A program made the translations under genes and the position numbers. Below are positions 1 through 8,399 of a DNA stretch of 43,538 nucleotides, piece by piece (positions within the stretch are counted from its first letter, which is position 1; each line of letters starts with the position of its first letter). Below the pieces are notes generated by a model. The model was not told the DNA's origin, did not search any database, and worked only from the letters and a program-made list of their open reading frames with translations. The stretch lies in IMG/VR virus record IMGVR_UViG_3300022181_000093, positions 1 to 43,538 of that record; one strand, given 5' to 3'. This DNA is from a virus. Taxonomy: Duplodnaviria; Caudoviricetes.

Positions 1-127
1 GAACGGATGTTCGTGGAATTCGTACGGAAAACGCCCCGCTTCCTGAGGAATAAAATGAGCGTTTTAACTGCTTTTTCCATGTCATGACAACGATTTACGG
101 TTTTCAAGGTCCTGCGAAAGTTGAGTT
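1..127 (+). mobile_element. Right end of an insertion sequence: 3' end of a putative transposase ORF (1-87, ERMFVEFVRKTPRFLRNKMSVLTAFSMS*) and terminal inverted repeat (104-127)
   Basis: 104-127 TCAAGGTCCTGCGAAAGTTGAGTT is the exact reverse complement of 43413-43436. The open frame from base 1 ends at TGA 85-87. From memory, the TGCGAAAGTTGAG end resembles IS4/IS701-like DDE elements; family not verified. Confidence 0.75.
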
Positions 128-135
128 AATAATCA

Positions 136-3100
136 GGTTCCCCCGCGTGCGCGGGGATAGACCCAATTATCAGAGTGGCCTCGTAAGCGCTCGCCAGGTT
201 CCCCCGCGTGCGCGGGGATAGACCCGACTACGAGATTCCCGGCAGGTTGACTAAGAGGGTTCCCCCGCGTGCGCGGGGATAGACCCCTGGCCGCCGAACG
301 GGCCGCATGGAAGCGGGAGGTTCCCCCGCGTGCGCGGGGATAGACCCATCTATCAGCTGCCTCGACAGCGGGACGATATGGTTCCCCCGCGTGCGCGGGG
401 ATAGACCCTTCTGAAGACCGTAGTCCCGAAGGCGCTCCACGGTTCCCCCGCGTGCGCGGGGATAGACCCATCGACCCCGGAGAAGAAAACCCCGTCGTGA
501 TGGTTCCCCCGCGTGCGCGGGGATAGACCCCGCTTCCGTGGCAAAGAGCATCCCGTCCGGAGGGTTCCCCCGCGTGCGCGGGGATAGACCCCCGCCATGA
601 TCAAGCCGAAGCGGTCCGCAACGGGTTCCCCCGCGTGCGCGGGGATAGACCTTACAGCTCGGCCCGGCAGGGGCATCTGGAGGAGGTTCCCCCGCGTGCG
701 CGGGGATAGACCCTGACATACCCGCCGGGCAAATCGCTACCTTGCGGTTCCCCCGCGTGCGCGGGGATAGACCCCGGACTCCTTGTCCACGTCGCCGTCG
801 CTCCAGGGTTCCCCCGCGTGCGCGGGGATAGACCCTCTGCGCAGCAACGGGACTACCTTCCTGGAGAGGTTCCCCCGCGTGCGCGGGGATAGACCCTAGC
901 CTCCCGCGATACCAAAAGAATGGCCAACGGTTCCCCCGCGTGCGCGGGGATAGACCCTCTGCGCAGCAACGGGACTACCTTCCTGGAGAGGTTCCCCCGC
1001 GTGCGCGGGGATAGACCCCGGGTATCACGGTCGCGGCCCCGCGACACATCGGTTCCCCCGCGTGCGCGGGGATAGACCCCGTACTCCTGCACCTGACCAT
1101 CAAGAAGGCCAGGTTCCCCCGCGTGCGCGGGGATAGACCCTTGGTACATCCGGGAATCGACCGTCGAGATATGGTTCCCCCGCGTGCGCGGGGATAGACC
1201 CATGGATTTGTCTCCCTATATACGATTGGACTGGGTTCCCCCGCGTGCGCGGGGATAGACCCCACACAGATTTACTGGCGCAACGTCCTATGGGGGTTCC
1301 CCCGCGTGCGCGGGGATAGACCCGGTGCGGATTACCACATGGTCAGTCTGTTTGAGGTTCCCCCGCGTGCGCGGGGATAGACCCCGGCGTATCCGCAGGG
1401 GATGCACATCCGCACGGGTTCCCCCGCGTGCGCGGGGATAGACCCGAGGTTATCCTCAACGGCATCCCCATGGTGTTGGTTCCCCCGCGTGCGCGGGGAT
1501 AGACCCGACGTGAACGTTCACAGGGTTCTTCTGCCCGAGGTTCCCCCGCGTGCGCGGGGATAGACCCGGCTTCAAGTACAGCGAACGGGTCCAGGCGGAG
1601 GTTCCCCCGCGTGCGCGGGGATAGACCCGCGTTCGCCGCCACGTGCCAGAGTGCCCTGGAGGTTCCCCCGCGTGCGCGGGGATAGACCCCTCCAGGTTAA
1701 GTTCGAGCCGGAGCCTGGTCAGGTTCCCCCGCGTGCGCGGGGATAGACCCCACTCGTTCAGCAGAAATGCCGTGGGTTGGCCGGTTCCCCCGCGTGCGCG
1801 GGGATAGACCCCTGTCCAAAAGGGAAAAGGAATGGCTTGTCAAGGTTCCCCCGCGTGCGCGGGGATAGACCCGAGGAGATGACGTCCTTCACCTGGCGGG
1901 AGACGGTTCCCCCGCGTGCGCGGGGATAGACCCGACCAGCTCGTCACCGCCCTGTTTCCGGTAGAGGTTCCCCCGCGTGCGCGGGGATAGACCCGAGATC
2001 CAGTTTGTTGAGGAGGTGCCGGAATGGGTTCCCCCGCGTGCGCGGGGATAGACCCTGCCCGGCCGTTGCCGCCACCAGGGCGATATTGGTTCCCCCGCGT
2101 GCGCGGGGATAGACCCTACATCAAGGCCCAGCAGGACACCGCTGCAAAGGTTCCCCCGCGTGCGCGGGGATAGACCCTTGTCAGACCGGGAGGGCCGCCA
2201 GTACAGAGCGGTTCCCCCGCGTGCGCGGGGATAGACCCTGCCTTATGTGTCCCTTGAGCGCCATGGGAGCGGTTCCCCCGCGTGCGCGGGGATAGACCCT
2301 TTTTCTTCCGGCGGCGAACCGGGCCGCAAGCGGTTCCCCCGCGTGCGCGGGGATAGACCCTCCACGCAACAATGGCTCCAGTTTTCGGAGTAGGTTCCCC
2401 CGCGTGCGCGGGGATAGACCCGGGAAAAAGGGCGTCCGGCCGTATGGGTTCTCGGTTCCCCCGCGTGCGCGGGGATAGACCCTCCACGCAACAATGGCTC
2501 CAGTTTTCGGAGTAGGTTCCCCCGCGTGCGCGGGGATAGACCCGGGAAAAAGGGCGTCCGGCCGTATGGGTTCTCGGTTCCCCCGCGTGCGCGGGGATAG
2601 ACCCCATCGCGGATACGATTTGCCGTACTTTAAGGGGGTTCCCCCGCGTGCGCGGGGATAGACCCATTATGGATATGTGCTGACCTTCGGCGGGACAGGT
2701 TCCCCCGCGTGCGCGGGGATAGACCCGCGAGGCGTCCCTGGTGCACTTTGTGGAGCCGGGTTCCCCCGCGTGCGCGGGGATAGACCGTGGTCGGAAAAGC
2801 CGGCGGTGGCCGCGGTGATGGTTCCCCCGCGTGCGCGGGGATAGACCCCTGGCCGCCATCGAAGCCATGGGCGCCGCGGTGGTTCCCCCGCGTGCGCGGG
2901 GATAGACCCTGTGTATCGCGCCCAAGCTGCCGGGCTTGTTCGGTTCCCCCGCGTGCGCGGGGATAGACCCTAGGAGGGATGGGCGATGCCTGTAGCGAAA
3001 ATGGTTCCCCCGCGTGCGCGGGGATAGACCCTCCTGCTGAAGCTGGCGAGGGAGCAGGGCAACGGTTCCCCCGCGTGCGCGGGGATAGACCCGGGAGGCG

Positions 3101-3580
3101 GACCGGCTGGCGCGAAGCCTTGAGGGTTCCCCCGCGTGCGCGGGGATAGACCCGTATAAAGGCGGGTGAGGATATGCCGCAGATAGGTTCCCCCGCGTGC
3201 GCGGGGATAGACCCAGGGCAATGCAGACCTTTGAGTGGGAAATCCTGGTTCCCCCGCGTGCGCGGGGATAGACCCCGATAGACCTTGAACCATCTGTTAG
3301 CTGGGACGGTTCCCCCGCGTGCGCGGGGATAGACCCAAATCGGAAAATCCAACAAGGGGGTACTACAAGGTTCCCCCGCGTGCGCGGGGATAGACCCAGT
3401 TTAGTTACAGTCTCGTCAGCCTTTTTCCAGGTTCCCCCGCGTGCGCGGGGATAGACCCCTCATCGTGACCACGGAGCGGGGTGTGTACACGGTTCCCCCG
3501 CGTGCGCGGGGATAGACCCTCCAGCCACTTGCTGGCCTGCGACCAGAGGGCGGTTCCCCCGCGTGCGCAGGGATAGACCG
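136..3580 (+). CRISPR. Type I-E-like CRISPR array, 57 repeats (29 bp GGTTCCCCCGCGTGCGCGGGGATAGACCC) and 56 spacers of 32 bp
   Basis: Strict 61-bp period from 136 to 3552. Palindromic CCCCGCG/CGCGGGG repeat resembling the E. coli I-E repeat. The last repeat is degenerate (G>A at 3569, terminal G) and marks the trailer end, so transcription is on +. No cas genes in the window. Confidence 0.98.
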
Positions 3581-3704
3581 ACGCTTCGGCCTTTTCCAAC
3601 CCGGGGATTAGCTCTGGGACGTGGAAAGTATCAAAAAAACGCTGTAAAATCGAGGTGGTGGAGCTCTCCAGCCCAGATTTTTCAGTGTCGTGGGTGATGG
3701 TTGG

Positions 3705-3953
3705 TCATAGTTGCATCTCCCCGCCGGAATTTTTGGGTTCTGTGGTAGGCAGAAAGCACCGTTTCGGCATTGCCTGCATCCAGGCCTCCAGCTCGGACTC
3801 CTCGTAGCGGATGCTGCGTCCCATCTGCCGGTGAGGGGGCGCGGGATACCCGCCACCAATGACACCTGTCATCCGACACTGCCGCAAATAACTCTCGGCT
3901 ACTCCTATTTTCGCCGCCGCCTCTTTACTTGTAAGAAACCGAACTTCACTCAT
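3705..3953 (-). CDS. Excisionase/AlpA-like helix-turn-helix DNA-binding protein
   Basis: FLTSKEAAAKIGVAESYLRQ...GRSIRYEESELEAWM fits the HTH_17/MerR-like Xis pattern. GGAGG RBS upstream; lies next to an att core. Confidence 0.8.
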   Translation of the reverse strand: MSEVRFLTSKEAAAKIGVAESYLRQCRMTGVIGGGYPAPPHRQMGRSIRYEESELEAWMQAMPKRCFLPTTEPKNSGGEMQL

Positions 3954-4084
3954 ATCTGTGTACCTCCAAAATCTAGGATGTACACTTTAGGATGTCTGCG
4001 GCGGGGAGGCAAAAACAAACGAAACAGGGCAAAATTGAAAATTGATCCAAAAGTCCTGCGTGAATGACCGGGAGAGGAGTTTTT

Positions 4085-4119
4085 GAGTCCAATTTTTTTA
4101 GGGAGTCCAGGGGGAGTCC
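4085..4119. repeat. GAGTCC direct repeats (4085, 4103, 4114), candidate integrase arm-type sites of the left island remnant
   Basis: Three copies, two of them 11 bp apart, 50-85 bp from the att core. The functional assignment is inference. Confidence 0.45.
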
Positions 4120-4123
4120 GGGT

Positions 4124-4160
4124 AAAGAAAAAGGGCTCCGACGAAACCGCCGGAACCCTT
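4124..4160 (-). terminator. Intrinsic terminator downstream of the tRNA 3' fragment
   Basis: Minus strand AAGGGTTCCGGCG-GTTT-CGTCGGAGCCCTT followed by TTTCTTT. Confidence 0.75.
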
Positions 4161-4169
4161 GTTATTACT

Positions 4170-4186
4170 TGGTGGGCGATACTGGG
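4170..4186 (-). other. att core: duplicated 3' end of a tRNA (probably tRNA-Val), CCCAGTATCGCCCACCA
   Basis: 3' T-stem strand, acceptor strand ATCGCCC, discriminator A and CCA. No 5' half of a tRNA is present. Flanked by a terminator and short direct repeats. Confidence 0.8.
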
Positions 4187-4249
4187 TCGTAATAGTTAGG
4201 CTGGAAGCGTTGTAATTACTGCGAAAGTATCGGTAGGCTAAAAGTATTT

Positions 4250-4270
4250 TTATACGGTCTGTTATACGGT
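4250..4270. repeat. TTATACGGT direct repeat x2, candidate arm-type sites of the prophage
   Basis: Copies at 4250-4258 and 4262-4270, about 65 bp inside the att core. Confidence 0.45.
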
Positions 4271-4312
4271 ATTTTCACCCGCTGGTGAATTGGAAAAAAA
4301 GCCATCTCTTCT

Positions 4313-5086
4313 TTATGCTTGCGAAGCGGCTTCCTTCATGGTTACAGGAAGTTCATCCCATTCCCGTCCCCTGTACGTTCTTCCATTTTTTTTCTTCTGG
4401 ACTCCGCCCCATTGCTTAAAGAAAAACGGAACCCGGAAGTCTCTGGAGGCCTGGTAAATTTCGTCGACCCACCCTGATTCCATGGGGCGGGCTCCAGGAC
4501 CTGACTCTCCGCCGACGATCACCCAGTCGATTCTGGTCAAGTCCACATCACCTACAGGCCCGATAAGAGGCTCAAAAGAAACAAACTTGACCTTGGCTGT
4601 TATTTCTTTCAGCGGGTAGATGCGGTGAACGACATCTTTATTTTCGATGCTCGTACCAAGCCATAAATTGGGCAATGCTTCAAGATGAAGATCGTGGATA
4701 AGCTTCAGCATCCTGTCCGGCCTTTTTGTCAGGACCTGAAATGTATGCCAGAAGGCCTTCTTCATGGTGTCCCAGATTTGGACGACGGCTTCCTCTGGTG
4801 CGTTTTCATGGAAAAGATCACTCATGGAATTTACAAAAATCATTTGCGGCGTCTTCCATTCCAGGGGGCGGCGAATCATGCTCTCATCGACGTTGATCTT
4901 TCCTGTCCATATCACTTTCCCATCGGCGTTTTTCCTGGTCAGCCCCTGGTATTTTTTCTGTTTCATTGCCTCAAGCCGCGCTGCCATGGTCATCGCATAG
5001 CAGTTCCTGCATCCTTCAGAGGCATAGGAACACCCTGCTAACGGATTCCAGCTGGAGTTGGTCCATTCAATGGATGATTTCGCCAA
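4313..5086 (-). CDS. DUF5131 family protein (phage Gp37/Gp68-like, three-Cys radical-SAM-like motif)
   Basis: SIEWT..SWNP.AGC......GCRNCYA, FVNSMSDLFHE, FQVLTKR, SFEPL, WVIVGGESG and FFFKQWGG motifs. TTG start with GGAGGTG RBS. Confidence 0.92.
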   Translation of the reverse strand: MAKSSIEWTNSSWNPLAGCSYASEGCRNCYAMTMAARLEAMKQKKYQGLTRKNADGKVIWTGKINVDESMIRRPLEWKTPQMIFVNSMSDLFHENAPEEAVVQIWDTMKKAFWHTFQVLTKRPDRMLKLIHDLHLEALPNLWLGTSIENKDVVHRIYPLKEITAKVKFVSFEPLIGPVGDVDLTRIDWVIVGGESGPGARPMESGWVDEIYQASRDFRVPFFFKQWGGVQKKKNGRTYRGREWDELPVTMKEAASQA

Positions 5087-5087
5087 G

Positions 5088-6014
5088 TTATGTCACCTCC
5101 CTGTTAGCCTCAAGAATAAACTCGGCTATTCTCCTTCCAAGTGATATTGCGCTCCTGCTCTTGTTGCTCATGGCAAAAATGAGAGAAAAAATGTGTTTAC
5201 TTCTTGTATTATACAATGAGAGCGGGTTGTCGGCAACGAATGCGAAGCGCCGTTTCATTCTGGTTATGACATATTGCTCGATTTCTTTTTCCTTGGCTGG
5301 GTGAATATCTGAAGTTTCCTCATGAAGTTCTTCAAAGGGGAGAGTTGCTTGTTTCTCACTTTTTGAGTGATAGAGATAGCTCTTCCATCCGTCTCCCCCC
5401 AGAACAAAGTTAAGACGTTCCTCCCACTGGACGGGAACCTTTGCGTTGTTCGGCAGCATTCTTTTTACAGCCATGGTCGGGAAAAGATACCACACGTCGA
5501 AACACCCCAGGGAAGCTATTTTTTCGATACATTCCCACGAGACGTTCATGCCGAAAGGATCAAGGAAGAGAACGACCCGGATATTTCTATTCCATCTCAG
5601 ATACTCACACAGTTCAAACAGGCAACTGTTTGCGTCCGCGTTCTTAATGGCGATTTTATTGTCTGAGCCGAAGCCGAGACCTTCGATGGTGGAAACAAGA
5701 GCATCGCTTCGGCGTTTTTCTTTTTCTATGAAGATATATCGGTCGAATGGGGGATTTGTCTGAAGGGCAAGAAGAGGAGATCCTTTGCAGCGGAACTCGT
5801 TGTCTTCATTCATTGCCAGTTCGTCACGCCCGTAAAATTCAAAGGGAAGGGTGGGGTCGTCGTCCTGTTTTCCGGAATGGGTCCCTATGCCGGCGAAAGC
5901 ATCAATGTACCATTTCTCGAACGGTTGGTATTTCAGTGCAGTCTGGTAAGCATCAAGATACTGCTTGACAACCCTTTTTTTCGTTTCTGTCCAGGTTCCT
6001 CCCCACGACGTCAT
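5088..6014 (-). CDS. tcmP: Three-Cys-motif partner protein TcmP (SAM-dependent methyltransferase-like fold)
   Basis: G.WT..K, YIDAFAG.G, GSP..AL, FIEK, DAN and FLDPFG motifs; directly upstream of DUF5131. Confidence 0.88.
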   Translation of the reverse strand: MTSWGGTWTETKKRVVKQYLDAYQTALKYQPFEKWYIDAFAGIGTHSGKQDDDPTLPFEFYGRDELAMNEDNEFRCKGSPLLALQTNPPFDRYIFIEKEKRRSDALVSTIEGLGFGSDNKIAIKNADANSCLFELCEYLRWNRNIRVVLFLDPFGMNVSWECIEKIASLGCFDVWYLFPTMAVKRMLPNNAKVPVQWEERLNFVLGGDGWKSYLYHSKSEKQATLPFEELHEETSDIHPAKEKEIEQYVITRMKRRFAFVADNPLSLYNTRSKHIFSLIFAMSNKSRSAISLGRRIAEFILEANREVT

Positions 6015-6063
6015 TAAATCCTCCTCCTTTATCGAAGTCGTTTCGGGCGCTGGCCCGGAAAAT

Positions 6064-6567
6064 TTATCGCGTTGCCTTATCTCCCGAAACTTCCCTGAAG
6101 TGCATCAGCCGCTCGTGGTGAAGCATCGAGAGCGCCTGGTCGAGGTCTTGTCTTAGAACTGCGTTTTCGCGGCGGAGCGCTGTCATCTCGTTTTCATAGG
6201 ACAGATCGGAAGCCGCGGCGAAGGAGTAGCGAATTAGGGTGAAGGCCGTCACACCGGCTAGGATGCTTGCAGCAAGGAAAAGACAAGCCCAGTATCGGAC
6301 AAGGTGCCCATGTAAAAAGAGGATACCCTCCCCGATCCATGTTTTTCTTGCATGTTCGTCGTGCGTCATGAGCCACATGCTCATGAATGATTCCGCCAGG
6401 AGCATCGAGAAAAACAGAGTCACTGACGACAATAAAAAACCGGCCGCTCTGAAAAATGGGGCCTCGGGCATCCTCCCATTGATCCAGACGAGCCCGGAGA
6501 AGAGAACACCGTATCCAAGGGTCAGGGAGAGGGTGTTTTGCCACGAGTACCTTTCGTTCTCATCCAT
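6064..6567 (-). CDS. Hypothetical membrane protein (about 3 TM segments, C-terminal coiled coil)
   Basis: Hydrophobic stretches; GAGGTG RBS; co-oriented with tcmP. Confidence 0.7.
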   Translation of the reverse strand: MDENERYSWQNTLSLTLGYGVLFSGLVWINGRMPEAPFFRAAGFLLSSVTLFFSMLLAESFMSMWLMTHDEHARKTWIGEGILFLHGHLVRYWACLFLAASILAGVTAFTLIRYSFAAASDLSYENEMTALRRENAVLRQDLDQALSMLHHERLMHFREVSGDKATR

Positions 6568-6672
6568 TTTCTCACCTCACATTCTTACTGCGGCGGGTTA
6601 CATCGCTTGCATGGCTCGTAACCCAATTCTTTGGCTTCTTTGAGAGATGTGGGTATTTTCGAGCCACTGATG

Positions 6673-8334
6673 CTAGATCTCTTTTTGTTCCGAGCTTTTG
6701 CTTATGAGGCTTTTGTTGGTTTTGTTGTACTCAAAGTAAAACCTTTCGAATTCCTCGGGAAGCAGAGGTTTGCTAAAGAAGTATCCCTGCGCTATGTCGC
6801 AATTCAATTCCCGTAGAACATCCAATGTTTTTTCAGTCTCGACCCCTTCGGCAACTACTGTTTTCTTAAGTCCGTGTGCATAGGTGATGATGTTTTTTAC
6901 CAGTTCCCTGATCTCTTCTCGGTCTATCTGGCTAATAAAGTATTGATCGACCTTCAAGGAATCGTAGGGTATTTCTCCAATAATCATGAGGGAATTGTAT
7001 CCCGTCCCAAAATCGTCGATAGAAACTTTGTATCCCTTTTTTCGCATGCCGTTAAGCAAATTCAATAATTTTTTATTTCCGGATGAAACGACCCGTTCTG
7101 TAATTTCTAACTCAATGGTTGATTTATCAATGCTTTTCCTTTCGATCTCATTTTTTGCCCATTCATTAAAATCGTCATCAAGTAGTTCTTTAGCGGTAAC
7201 GTTAATGGCACAATCTATTGCAATGCCGCGTTTTTTCCATTCAATGGCTTGGTCGGTGGCCTTTTCAATGACAAATCGAGATATCTGTTTTATAAACCCG
7301 GTATCCTCAGCGATTTTTATGAAAACATCTGTTGTTACAGGCTTTTTGTCTCCTCTGTCCCATCGGAGCAACGCTTCAACGGAAGATATTGTGTTGCTGG
7401 AAATATCAATCTTCGGCTGATACACTAGATAGAGTTCTTTTCTATTGATGGATTCAAGCAGAGCCCCCGAAATCTCAAAGAGATGCCTTTTTCGCTCTTC
7501 TAATTCATTCAGGTAAAAGTAAATCCCGGGCTCATGTGCTCCCCCTTGTTCATACGCTATCCTTGCTTTATTGAAGACTTGGATAGGCGTATCACTACCC
7601 CCGCGATAATGATAAATACCAACCTTTAAAAACACTCTAAACGTGATGTCCTCTATCTGTACAGCAGTTGAATATTTATTTAAGGTGTGTTCGATTTTTC
7701 CCAGGTTGCCAGAGTTTACAGCGTCAATCAGGATAATTTCGTCATCACCGAATGAATACATCGCATCTCTGCCATATCCCTCTTCGAGGTCTTGAATTAG
7801 TTCTTTGATGATTGTCTCTGCAAAGGCATGTTCTACGTATTTTTCTACGCCTGCAATATTTGTAAATTTGATCGAAATAACGATAAATTCCTCGCTCATA
7901 TCCATTCTGTTTTTTAAATCCACAAGAAGCTTGTTTATGTTGTAAATTCCTGTGAGAGGGCTTAATAGTTCTTTCCTGTGTATTTCATTATTAAGCTTTT
8001 CGATCTTTTGGAAAAGATACCCGGCGCTACTACCAATTAGACTAAAGATGATCAGTCTGGTTATCCAGTTGCTTGGACTCTGCATTATCCCTTCAGAGAC
8101 GTTCATTGGCATAAAGGGGCCCCCTAGGACTCCAGAGAGTATTGCAACGACACTGCCCCCGTTTATCCCCCAAAAATAGGCAGACAAAATCATTGGCACG
8201 TAAATCAAATGGAAATAAACGCCCTGGGTTCCATTTGTTGCGTAGACTATGTAGAGTACCAATGCCACCAACCCAGCAATAAGCGGGAGTTTTAATTTCG
8301 GCAGAACTCTAAGCTCCTTCATTGATTCCTTCAT
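6673..8334 (-). CDS. Membrane-anchored degenerate-GGDEF/EAL protein (c-di-GMP phosphodiesterase)
   Basis: N-terminal TM helices; YQPK, EALLRW, ELEITE, DDFGTGY, KVD, AEGVET and QGYFFSKP motifs; GGDEF degenerate (GDDEI). Start placed at ATG 8334 after GGAAGGAG. AT-rich relative to neighbours. Confidence 0.9.
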   Translation of the reverse strand: MKESMKELRVLPKLKLPLIAGLVALVLYIVYATNGTQGVYFHLIYVPMILSAYFWGINGGSVVAILSGVLGGPFMPMNVSEGIMQSPSNWITRLIIFSLIGSSAGYLFQKIEKLNNEIHRKELLSPLTGIYNINKLLVDLKNRMDMSEEFIVISIKFTNIAGVEKYVEHAFAETIIKELIQDLEEGYGRDAMYSFGDDEIILIDAVNSGNLGKIEHTLNKYSTAVQIEDITFRVFLKVGIYHYRGGSDTPIQVFNKARIAYEQGGAHEPGIYFYLNELEERKRHLFEISGALLESINRKELYLVYQPKIDISSNTISSVEALLRWDRGDKKPVTTDVFIKIAEDTGFIKQISRFVIEKATDQAIEWKKRGIAIDCAINVTAKELLDDDFNEWAKNEIERKSIDKSTIELEITERVVSSGNKKLLNLLNGMRKKGYKVSIDDFGTGYNSLMIIGEIPYDSLKVDQYFISQIDREEIRELVKNIITYAHGLKKTVVAEGVETEKTLDVLRELNCDIAQGYFFSKPLLPEEFERFYFEYNKTNKSLISKSSEQKEI

Positions 8335-8399
8335 AAAAAAACTCCTTCCCTCATTGATACTCTTAGACTGACAGGACAAAGCCTTTTTTGAGAAAGCCT

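Noticed and set aside
1-135. AT-rich stretch read as the CRISPR leader
   Set aside because: Most of it is an ORF end plus an inverted repeat matching the other window end; at most about 10 bp could be leader.
714-745. 10-12 nt matches of spacers 10, 11, 33, 43 and 49 to prophage genes
   Set aside because: Internal, short and expected by chance in about 40 kb of GC-rich sequence.
133-3599. Many minus-strand ORFs with repeating GLSPRTRGN/GSIPAHAGEP/VYPRARGGT peptides
   Set aside because: These are translations of the CRISPR repeat, not genes.
4170-4245. Complete tRNA gene
   Set aside because: Only the 3' 17 nt are tRNA-like; no D arm, anticodon arm or 5' acceptor strand upstream.
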